In this document: in pieces, positions 1 through 8,207 of the stretch
Layout: the number at the start of each line of letters is the position of its first letter
Position numbering within the stretch: the first letter of the stretch is position 1
Assembly: GCF_006345805.1 (NCBI RefSeq)
Contig: NW_021825507.1
Location: forward strand, 1-15,345
Source: Octopus sinensis
Taxonomy: Eukaryota
Direction: 5' to 3'
Length of the DNA: 15,345 bases
Program-made: the position numbers and the translations under genes
The notes under the pieces: model-generated
Database searches by the model: none
What the model saw: the letters and a program-made list of their open reading frames with translations, nothing else
What the model was told of the DNA's origin: nothing

Positions 1-59
1 TCTTAATACTATGGAGGAAGAAATGTCTCACAATGGGGATTATCTCCTTTGGCCATTGG

Positions 60-455
60 CTATCGACTTCCAGCTGCACTGCCATCTTTTGGGCTCCAAA
101 AGGCTAGCAAGAATTTCCTGAAGTGTAAACATGGCCCGAGAAGCTCTGTACTGGAGTTAAGGATGTACCCTGGTTTGAGGGAGTCCTTTAGGATTTTCTC
201 CCATTCTGCTATGCATAATTTACATCGTTGTGTGCCGTTGATGTAAGGGCCTGGGTTTTCGAGAATTTTCCATGAAATCAAGTATGGAATATCATTGTAT
301 CTCAGCTGCCATACTTGGCTGGCTAATGATGTCGCGTATCTCCTTCTCTGAAGAAAGTTCTTGGTTGGAGAGATATCGCTTGAAAGGGGTTCCCGGAACG
401 TCCGATGTTTCCCCGTGGGCAGGTTCTGTCGGCGATGTGTCTATATCTGCCGTCA
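60..455 (-). mobile_element. Decayed Penelope-like retroelement GIY-YIG endonuclease (C-terminal domain), frameshifted
   Basis: Manual minus-strand translation, extending ORF 60..281 upstream in frame: RYATSLASQVWQLRYNDIPYLISWKILENPGPYINGTQRCKLCIAEWEKILKDSLKPGYILNSSTELLGPCLHFRKFLL. This fits the recalled PLE endonuclease pattern T.LS..VW.L......I.W.IL....Y.....C.LC..E...I......LN...EL...C.H..KFLL. In other frames upstream are NIGRSGNPF (401-409 = aac atc gga, one substitution from YIG) and FKRYLSNQ, implying at least two frameshifts. No RT is visible. Confidence 0.8.
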
Positions 456-626
456 TCGTTGGTGTTGGGGCTGGGTTGCTGGTTTTGGCGTTGTCGGAGG
501 TGGTGATTGTGGTGGCGGCAGTAATGGTGTCGCCACTGTCGAGGATGGTGAAGATGCTGTTGTTGTTATTGTAGCCCTTATCATTGGTGGGAGAGAAGTC
601 ATTAACGATGGCTACGCTGCTGCTGC

Positions 627-1075
627 TTACATATACACACACACACATAGATACACACATACATACACACATACATACCAACATATATACATGCATACAT
701 ACACACACATACATAAATACATACACACGCACACACATGCATACATACATATACACTCATGCATACATACATACACACATGCATACATGCATACACATGC
801 ATACATACACACACAAATGTATGCGTACACATACACACATGCATACATACACGCATGCGTAAATACACGCATGCATACATACATACACACACATACACGC
901 ATGCATACATACACGCATGCGTAAATACACGCATGCATACATACATACACACACATACACACATGCTTATATACATACACACACATGCATACATACATAC
1001 ACACACATACACACATGCATACATACATACACACACATACACACATGCATACATACACACACATGTATACATGCA
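627..1075. repeat. Compound CA/TA/CATA/CATG microsatellite
   Basis: Continuous acacat/catac/gcatac low-complexity run. It is the source of the His/Thr/Tyr and Cys/Val/Met ORFs in the track. Confidence 0.95.
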
Positions 1076-1518
1076 CAAGTGAGATAAAATCATTGAGAGA
1101 AAGTTTACAGATTCTTGCTGCCATAACAAGCAACAAAATCTTTCGTCCTGTCTTAGAGCTGAAACAGAATCTTCTTTGGAGGAAATTTGTTTCATCCCTC
1201 CATAATCAATACTAACAGAGGATGCTGCATCACACTGGGTCAATCTTAAGAATGTTTGCCTTTCAAAGATTATCTCCAAATCAAAAAATATTTTGTTTTG
1301 ACAGCAAATCTCAGAAAACGTTTTTATGCTTCAATAATGCATAACGAATTGGATACATGGATAAAAATAAGAAGTTGTTGTTGGTTACTGTTGTCATGTT
1401 GTCATCCTGTTGTTCCACTGCTACTACTATGGCATCTTTGGATATTTAACCTGTCTGAAATTGGAAGAAATCGAGAAACAAAAACAGATCTGGAGATTTT
1501 AGGTAATTCTGAACTTAC

Positions 1519-1670
1519 CCAAACACAGCATGATAAAAAGCTGTCCGACCCCTTGTGTCTCTCTTGTCCAAATCTGCTCCAGCATCTATTAACAAGTTTA
1601 TTAAAACTATGTTGCCCTCTGCAGAAGCAGCCATCAGATAAGTTTTACCGTTTGAATCTCTTAGGTTAAT
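1519..1670 (-). CDS. Ankyrin-repeat protein, internal coding exon (152 nt, phase 0 in, phase 2 out)
   Basis: Encodes INLRDSNGKTYLMAASAEGNIVLINLLIDAGADLDKRDTRGRTAFYHAVF(G): one full ankyrin repeat (G.T.L..A...G.....LL..GAD....D..G.T) plus the start of the next. Flanked by acceptor tcttcacttcag (AG at 1672-1671) and donor GG|gtaagt (GT at 1518-1517). Confidence 0.85.
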
Positions 1671-1708
1671 CTGAAGTGAAGAAAGTAAAGGCTTTTGAAA
1701 TATATCAA

Positions 1709-1810
1709 AGGAGAGAGAGAGGGAGGGGGAGCGAGAGAGAGATAGAGAGGAGAGAGAGCGAGAGAGAGAGAGAGGGGACAGAGAGAGTGAGAGAGAGAGG
1801 GAAGAGAGAG
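1709..1810. repeat. (GA)n microsatellite; a CT tract on the minus strand about 40 nt upstream of the ankyrin exon acceptor
   Basis: Direct gagaga run. It explains the SL-rich part of ORF 1515..1952. Confidence 0.9.
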
Positions 1811-2204
1811 TCCTTGTAAAATTTTCCATTCCACAGCCTATTCCCATGGGTTGTACTACCCTCTTTGGGAAGCCCTGATCTATATTCTTCCTCACAGTAT
1901 CCCATCTGCTGACTATTAATTTTTCAGATTTCAAGTAAAAAGTCATAAACAACCATCATCTTTGTTCCTTAAAAGTGAAAACAGAGGGAGAATAACTTTC
2001 TCTGTATATTCAATTGACACCAGTACAGTTGTATAAAGCTAGATCAAGCTGGGGTTTGATTCCTACGTGACTCACCAGTATTTTCAAATGTTTGACAACT
2101 TCTGTAAAAGAAATCGTGTCGGCCCTATCACCAAGAAACCCTTGTTTGTGGCAAGAGAACTTCTTGACACCGTAATCACTCATCTAATGACCCGATCTAC
2201 CTCT

Positions 2205-2300
2205 TGGACTGAGTATTTCCTGCCAGAATACTCCCTTGCAGTGTGTGATGATGGGCTTCTCTCTCCCTCACATTCCATCAACTCTGGCATGCTTCAAGGT
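2205..2300 (+). mobile_element. Short decayed non-LTR (CR1/Jockey-like) reverse transcriptase fragment, antisense within the ankyrin intron
   Basis: WTEYFLPEYSLAVCDDGLLSPSHSINSGMLQG resembles the RT segment W..SFL..RS..V.VDG..S....INSGVPQG. Flanking RT motifs are not recognisable. Confidence 0.5.
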
Positions 2301-2468
2301 TTGGTTCAGGATTTATAAAAACTACCAACGATGCAAAATAGTAGAAAGACGTGAAGAAAGATATGAAATATGGACAAATACATGTGGTTCGTTAGGAAGA
2401 TTTCAAATTGTGTATCAAATAATAAACAAATAACCAACTTTGAGAAGGCAATACAATGAACAACTTAC

Positions 2469-2552
2469 TCTGTCTGAACGGCTTTCTATCATGCTTTTCG
2501 CACCTTCGATGTCCCCAGATTCAATTTTCTCCTTGATTTTTTTAATGTCCAT
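2469..2552 (-). CDS. Ankyrin-repeat protein, probable first coding exon (28 codons; exon 2469-2554)
   Basis: ATG at 2552-2550 encodes MDIKKIKEKIESGDIEGAKSMIESRSDR, followed by donor |gtaagt (2468). It is preceded by a polypyrimidine tract and acceptor (ttttactttctttcgtttgcattttttattcaaaag|AC ATG). It splices in phase 0 to exon 1519-1670. ...GDIE.AK.MI... looks like an N-terminal ankyrin capping half-repeat. Missing from the ORF track because it is short. Confidence 0.75.
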
Positions 2553-3246
2553 GTCTTTTGAATAAAAAATGCAAACGAAAGAAAGTAAAAGTTTTTAAAA
2601 ACTTATAAAATGAAGTAAATAACAATATACTCGAGTTGATGGTTCTAAAATCTTGCATAAGACAACATAAATATTGGAAAGGTCAGGCTAACTAAAGTAT
2701 TATTTAGAGCTGAATGTTCTTCTTGACACTAATAAACCTAACAACAGTCATTGTGTTGTGTCTCTAGGTTAGCTACATTCCTCTGCTTATTACAGTCCGA
2801 GTGGTTACAATTAAACCCTGAATATTGGAATGTACAGTCCGGTGATCAGCTGAGGGGACAGACTTCACATATAACTAGAAATTGACGCTACGAAGAAAGG
2901 TAAATTTCGGAAAAATAATTAAATTATCCACAGAAAATAATGTTTGTCTAATAAATCCTCTTGTATGAATTTTTGATTTGATCTCATCTATTTCAATACT
3001 ATTTCGATTGACACTATCAACATGTGACTTTAGAAATCTTATTTTATGACTATTTGTTAATTTGATAATTACTCAACAAATTTCCCTCATATTTATATAT
3101 GATTGGACAAATGAAAGAACGGGCACTCAACACTTTTCTTGGAAATTACATTTATTATTCAAATATAAGTTTGATTCGGATTTATGTAGTACAGAATCCG
3201 AATGAAGCTGATTTGAATAATATATATATTATTCAAATTGTTTCGA

Positions 3247-3355
3247 TCAATACACACACACATATGTATGTGTGTGTGTACACATACATGTACACACACA
3301 TATACATGCATAAATTAATGAAAATAGACACGCACTTTATCTATCTATCTATCTA

Positions 3356-3412
<57 letters not shown>

Positions 3413-3461
3413 TACACACATATATATATATATATATAATATATATATTATATATATATAT
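3247..3461. repeat. CA/TA/TATC microsatellite cluster
   Basis: Direct sequence; the core of spurious ORF 3099..3659. Confidence 0.9.
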
Positions 3462-3561
3462 GTAGGAAGGGCATCCAGCTGTAGAAACTTTGCCAGATCA
3501 GATTGGAGCCTGGTGAAGCCTTCTGACTCGCCAGTCCTCAGTCAAACTGTCCAACCCATGC
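3462..3561 (+). mobile_element. Fragment of a SINE/RTE-LINE-type 3' region
   Basis: gtaggaagggcatccagctgtagaaac...gtcaaactgtccaacccatgc matches, from memory, an abundant octopus retroposon tail. The AGGAAGGGCATCC.GC.GTA motif is typical of RTE-related 3' ends. Not database-verified. Confidence 0.6.
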
Positions 3562-3603
3562 AAACATACATACATAATATGTGTATGTATTGTGAATATA
3601 TAT

Positions 3604-3721
3604 TACATGGGTTTCAGTTCATTTCGTCTGTTTACTTGGGCAAGTACCTTCTTTTATAATCCCATGGTTAATCAATGCTTCTGAGTGGATTAAGTAGACA
3701 TAAGTAGAGAAGCCCTTCGTA
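3604..3721 (+). mobile_element. SINE family A, decayed 5' part
   Basis: cttgggcaagtaccttct...tgagtggatt...gtagac...gaagcccttcgta aligns with the reverse complement of the copies at 9285-9412 and about 12083-12237. Confidence 0.6.
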
Positions 3722-4330
3722 CACTGCTGCAAAATAAACTACGGACCAGTGCAAAACAAAAACTGCTGAAATGAACTCCTTGCAGATCGATGTTTGACTA
3801 TTTTTTCATCACAGATTCTAAACTGGCAAACAACAAAAGAAAACACGAAAACCTAAAGAAATTTTATCATTTAGTGCTGAAAATATGCATTGTATGAAAA
3901 CGAACAATATTTTGTCTGCTCAAAAATTTAAGGCCATGAAAAATAAAACAATTAAATTTTGTATAAACTATAAAAATTCTGGCATTTATGTTCAAGCTTT
4001 CACTGTGTCAGCAATTGCTAGTTACGCCCTGTATTTCACACCAACAATGGGCAAAGCTAAAATATCGACAGATTTTGAACATGGTAGAATTGCAGAGGTC
4101 CAGAAGTAAGGTCTTTCACAACAAGCTATCAGCAAAACCGAAAACCTTTAAAGACCCTCAAGCATATGGATTGAAAGAAATCGACCTGTTGGCCAAAGAA
4201 AGTTTCACCAGCGCTGATTACAAGGATTGGACGGGAAGTCAGGAATGACACCAGCCGGTCGTCAAACCAGATAAAGGTAATTACGTATGCAGAATGTACC
4301 CTAAGGACGATAAGCTGGCATTTGAGATAG
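3722..4330 (+). mobile_element. Tc1/mariner (Tc3-like) DNA transposon remnant: 5' region plus transposase N-terminal HTH (4047-4330), pseudogenised
   Basis: Three frames give MGKAKISTDFEHGRIAEVQK*GLSQQAISKT / FKDPQAYGLK / STCWPKKVSPALITRIGREVRNDTSRSSNQIKVITYAECTLRTISWHLR*. This matches recalled Tc3-type transposase N-termini (FERGRI.EL.K.GLSQRAI...FLKDPE.YG.K.S.GRPKKISPAL.RRI...VR.DT.RSS.QIK....A.CS..TIRRHLR). No DDE domain or right TIR. The left boundary TA|CACTG at 3720-3726 is tentative. Confidence 0.85.
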
Positions 4331-4334
4331 ACAC

Positions 4335-4702
4335 ATACGAACACCCCTGCGCAGTGTTCAACTCACTGCTTACACCACACACCATTATGCACACACCCAC
4401 ACACACTCAATGCACTAACGCACATACATGCTTGCACACCTTACTTCAAAAGGGTCACCGTTAATAACACTTTTTCACTAAGCCCCTATCTTCTGGTCAT
4501 TTCATTATGTTGAACTGTTATTCGGTACACATTTTCTCTCCTTTTCTTTTCGTTCTTTCCCCATATTTCCTCTCAATCTATTCTCTCGAAGACTGTAGGC
4601 TTGAATCATCAAAGACTTTCCATTTTTTTTCCCAAGCACCAAACTAATTCACCTGCCTGTTGTGCCTTCACCTGTCTTCGTCTTTTGTTTTCTGTACATT
4701 GA
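4335..4702 (+). mobile_element. Probable non-autonomous Penelope-derived repeat remnant
   Basis: CA-rich start, then cattttctctcc...gaagactgtaggcttgaatcatcaaagac...cacctgtcttcgtcttttgttttctgta, which resembles a recalled octopus repeat carrying a GAAGA-hairpin-GAAA minimal-hammerhead remnant. The family assignment is from memory. Confidence 0.4.
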
Positions 4703-4917
4703 AGTGTGTGTGTGTGTGTGTGTTTGTCCTCACTTCATCACTTGCCAATCACTGTTAGTGTGTTTACGTCCCCATAACCTAGTAGTTCGGCAAAAACCTG
4801 ATAGAATAAGTACCTACCAGACTTTCAAAGAATAAGTCCTGGGTTGATTTCTTTGACTAAAAGGCGGTGCTCCAGCATGGCTTCAGTCAATGGCTGAAAC
4901 ATAAAAAGAATAAAAGA

Positions 4918-4920
<3 letters not shown>
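4703..4920 (+). mobile_element. SINE family A, 3' half
   Basis: (gt)n-ttgtcc...gtgtttacgtcccc...gttcggcaaaa...gatagaataagtac...ggcggtgctccagcatggc...gactgaaac-type tail. Homologous to 11828-12060 (reverse complement) and to 13065-13322. Confidence 0.85.
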
Positions 4921-4973
<53 letters not shown>

Positions 4974-4980
4974 GTACACA
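4921..4980. repeat. (CA)n(TA)n microsatellite
   Basis: Direct sequence. Confidence 0.95.
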
Positions 4981-4982
4981 CA

Positions 4983-5040
4983 ACGGGCTTCTTTCAGTTT
5001 CCACTCACAAGGCTTTGGTCGGCCCGGGGCTATAGTAGAG
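4983..5040 (-). mobile_element. SINE family A, internal fragment
   Basis: Reverse complement ctctactatagccccgggccgaccaaagccttgtgagtggaaactgaaagaagcccgtt matches the 9285-9345 copy. Confidence 0.8.
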
Positions 5041-5628
5041 CAAACATACAGGAAGGAAGGAAGAAGACGAGAAACAGTTAAAAAAAACAGCAAATTCTTC
5101 TGGCTGTCCTATTACTCCTGGCCAACTTGGTAATCCTTCTGGCAAGGGCACAAAACAGTCACAAAAATGAAGAACAATTTTAGGAGGGATACGCCCCACC
5201 AAACACACTTCCCACCGTTAAGTGAGACTTCACACACACATGCAGAGAATTTGCCAGGAACTCTGTGGAGATTTCTTGTTCGACGAATATAAATAAACAC
5301 GCGCGTGAAACAAACCCCCACTAAATCCCCCCAAAACAAATGTCTTACCTGGTAGCTGTGCTTCAATAATTCACGACGTTGGTATACAAAGGCGTCACAA
5401 GAAGAACCCGTCCACACAGTATGAGGGAAGTAAGCTTCTTCCCACACACAGGTGAGTCATTATTAACACACACACGGGTTCAGTTCCACCCCTTTATTAT
5501 TAGTCAATATTAAATTCATGTTTTCAAAATATTTCCTTTCCCAAGATTAACAAGTTTTCACATATTTCGGCGATGTACGAAATGTAAACAACGTCAACGC
5601 ACGAACACACACATACCAGTATATATTG

Positions 5629-5967
5629 TTTATTACCCACAAGGGGCTAACATAGGGGACAAACAAGGACAGAGAAACGGGTGAAAGGATGAAAGGCAAA
5701 GTCGACCTCGGCGGATTTGAACTCAGAATGTACCGGCAGACGAAATACCTATTCCTTTATTACCCACAGAGGGGACAAACAAGGACAGACCAAGGGATTA
5801 AGTCGATTACATCGACCCCAGTGTGTAACTGGTACTTAATTAATCGAACCCGAAACGATGAAAGGCAAAGTCGACCTCGGCGGAATTTGAACTCACAACG
5901 TAACAGCGAACGAAATACCGCTAAGCATTTCGCCCAGCGTGCTAACGTTTCTGTCAGCCCGCCGCCT
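5629..5967 (-). mobile_element. tRNA-derived SINE family B, full unit plus a partial tandem second unit
   Basis: The minus-strand head aggcggcgggctgacagaaacgttagcacgctggg has B box GAGTTCAAATTCC (5894-5882). A second B box, GAGTTCAAATCCG, lies at 5724-5712. The blocks gatgaaaggcaaagtcgacctcggcgga and tttattacccaca...ggggacaaacaaggacaga each occur twice. Confidence 0.85.
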
Positions 5968-6039
5968 ATACACTGACACACACACACACACACACGTATA
6001 TGCACGCACATGCATAGGCGTACGTAAATATGTTTGCGT

Positions 6040-6265
6040 ATCTATGAGTGTACACACATACACCCACATAAAGATAAATATAATTGAAAATTTGCTGGAC
6101 CGATTTTTATGAAGTTTGGTAAATGAATGAAATAAGAAGACGTCATTGAATTTCGAAACAACAAAAATGAATTACATGTGACGGGATTTATTGTGGATTT
6201 TTTTAGATATTTTACTTCAGAACATTCAGTATGATGCGTAGAAGACAACATAATATTTTTCAATC
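6040..6265 (+). mobile_element. Possible non-autonomous Helitron/Helentron (HINE/DINE-like) remnant
   Basis: ctggaccgatttttatgaagtttggt (6095-6120) resembles the widespread 'CCGATTT..ATGAAATTTGG' motif of such elements and follows a CA-rich tract. Termini not identified. Confidence 0.4.
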
Positions 6266-6489
6266 ATCTGATGCCCGACGCTCCAGAAGTGGGAGGGCCA
6301 TGGAAAGAGGCAGGACAGGCACCAGCGCCAAAGAAATGCCGTGGTGACACAACAGTAACGAGAAATAAAACTCCGGTTTCAAACGACGAGGCAAGTCCAC
6401 CTGTTGTGACACGAAACACCAGAGGAGAAACGAGAGGGGTTCGAGTCTCAAGCCATTAGAAAAGATATACATACATAATACATAATACA

Positions 6490-6685
6490 GGTACTACTTA
6501 AGAAGAGTGGTCCCCGTGCGCGTACTTGCGCACTCGCGCATCCACGCTAGCTAGTCGTAACTAGTCGATCCTACAACGACTACCTAGCAAATTAAATAAA
6601 ACACAAAGTAAGGATCGACTAGTCACGACTAGCTAGCGCGGATGCGCGAGTGCACGCACCGGGACCACTCTTCTTAAGTAGTACC
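6490..6685. mobile_element. MITE / foldback element, 196 bp, about 75-83-bp TIRs, 4-bp TSD TACA
   Basis: Left arm 6490-6572 and right arm 6611-6685 are reverse complements (first 25 nt GGTACTACTTAAGAAGAGTGGTCCC identical; then about 3 substitutions and one 8-nt indel). Spacer 38 nt. taca at 6486-6489 and 6686-6689. Confidence 0.9.
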
Positions 6686-6794
6686 TACATTAATTAATTT
6701 ATTCATACATTAATTGATAAATTAATTCTATCTTAACTTATAAGAGTCGAAAAATCTTTTCTTTACCGCAAGGCAAAATATTTTCAGCTGTGGA

Positions 6795-6919
6795 AGTCTT
6801 TAATAATCCGTTCCAGTCTTTAATAATCCGTTCCAGTCTTTAATAATCCGTTCTAGTCTTTAATAATCCGTTCCAGTCTTTAATAATCCGTTCCAGTCTT
6901 TAATAATCCGTTCCAGTCT
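6795..6919. repeat. 20-bp minisatellite (AGTCTTTAATAATCCGTTCC) x about 6.25
   Basis: Six full copies, only one substitution (third copy ttct). No spacers between units. Confidence 0.95.
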
Positions 6920-7339
6920 GTTCTGGTTCTCGAGAATGAATAAATTGTATTCAGTTACATAATTAAATATAGTTTAACTTTAGCAGGAGATGCGTTATGG
7001 CAGTCATTGCTTTTTTTCTTCTTCTTTATCTGTTTATTCTTTGTATCTCCTTTCATTATTCTCTCTCTCAATATCCTGCCACTCCTTCATTTACGCGAAT
7101 TTCTGAAATCTGTTTATCTATTTAAGCTGAATGGTGTTTGCACTATTTACCTGCTCAAAGTCTAATTCAGTTCATTTGGTGTGACCTAAACTTTTCATAA
7201 TTGTTTGAAAACCTGTGAGAGAGAAAGATAGAGGCCAACGTATGTCGATTAAACCCATTGAAATCTCTTTGTATCTCGTGACTAATAAAAGCACTTCACC
7301 TTTATTGCTAAATGTGTGTTGTCTGTTTTAATGGCCAAC

Positions 7340-7461
7340 GCCTATGTAGTAACATTATATATATTATATATATGTGTGTGTGTGTGTATATATATACCAC
7401 GGGCTCATATATTTATATGTATATACATATAGATAGATATATGTATATATATATATATAGA

Positions 7462-7494
<33 letters not shown>

Positions 7495-7889
7495 GACGGG
7501 CTTCTTATATATATATGCGTATGTGTACACACACACACACATATATATTATGTTTGTGTGTGGTACACACACACATATATACATGCATATATATATGATA
7601 TATATATATATATAATATCATATATGTATATGTATGTATATCTCCTATATATATATATATCTATATATATTGTATCTTTTCATTATCTTGCTCTTTTACC
7701 TTCTGGTGTTTGGTAAATTTTCTTGATAACATTCCTTTCTTAGTGGTAAACCATAGCGGATCTACTTCTAGCATAATGGATGTCACTTACAGGTCATCCA
7801 ACTTATATGTTTGTATATATAATATCTATATATATATATATATTATATTATATATATATATATGTACATATATATATATGCACACACAC

Positions 7890-7936
<47 letters not shown>

Positions 7937-7990
7937 TATTATATATATATATATATATATAATATATATATATATATTATATATATACAC
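7340..7990. repeat. Two TA-dominated microsatellite blocks (about 7340-7670 and 7805-7990) with a tiny SINE A junction remnant (gacgggcttctt, about 7495-7506)
   Basis: Direct sequence; source of the YI-repeat ORFs. Confidence 0.9.
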
Positions 7991-8077
7991 ACATCCTCTT
8001 CGAGGTCAGACATCATCTTATTTCTTCCTGAATGAGAGAAAGGGGCCAACGGAAAGATAAAGTTGGAGAAAAGGAAG

Positions 8078-8207
8078 CATCAACCCCAGAACTGGATCTT
8101 GAAACCCTGAAACGAAGGAAGAAGATGTTGATGGGATTTGAACTGAGAAAGCAGAGAGTTGGAAGGATTAGCACAAAGTAACTTATCGAACATTCTAAGG
8201 CTCTGCA
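8078..8207 (-). mobile_element. SINE family B, highly decayed copy
   Basis: catcaaccccag..aactgg..ctt...ccctgaaacga...gggatttgaactgagaa aligns with catcgaccccag...aactggtactt...cccgaaacgatg...ggaatttgaactcacaa at about 5810-5900. Confidence 0.55.

Noticed and set aside
361-1279. Long ORFs rich in H/T/Y or C/V/M (361..924, 602..1279, 627..1136 and others)
   Set aside because: They are translations of the CA/TA microsatellite, with no domain content.
1835-1880. Minus-strand CAGGGCTTCCCAAA, resembling a hAT-MITE terminus
   Set aside because: No partner inverted terminus or 8-bp TSD found.
2768-2899. Plus-strand acceptor/donor pair (tctctag|...aag|gtaaat) enclosing 132 nt
   Set aside because: All three frames contain a stop and there are no supporting neighbouring exons. 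It could only be a non-coding exon and is unsupported.
6430-6456. GGTTCGAGTC...GCCA resembling a tRNA T-arm and 3' end
   Set aside because: No A box, D arm or acceptor-stem partner upstream, so no cloverleaf.
6795-6919. Regular short repeats resembling a CRISPR array
   Set aside because: The units are contiguous with no unique spacers, the context is eukaryotic, and there are no cas genes.
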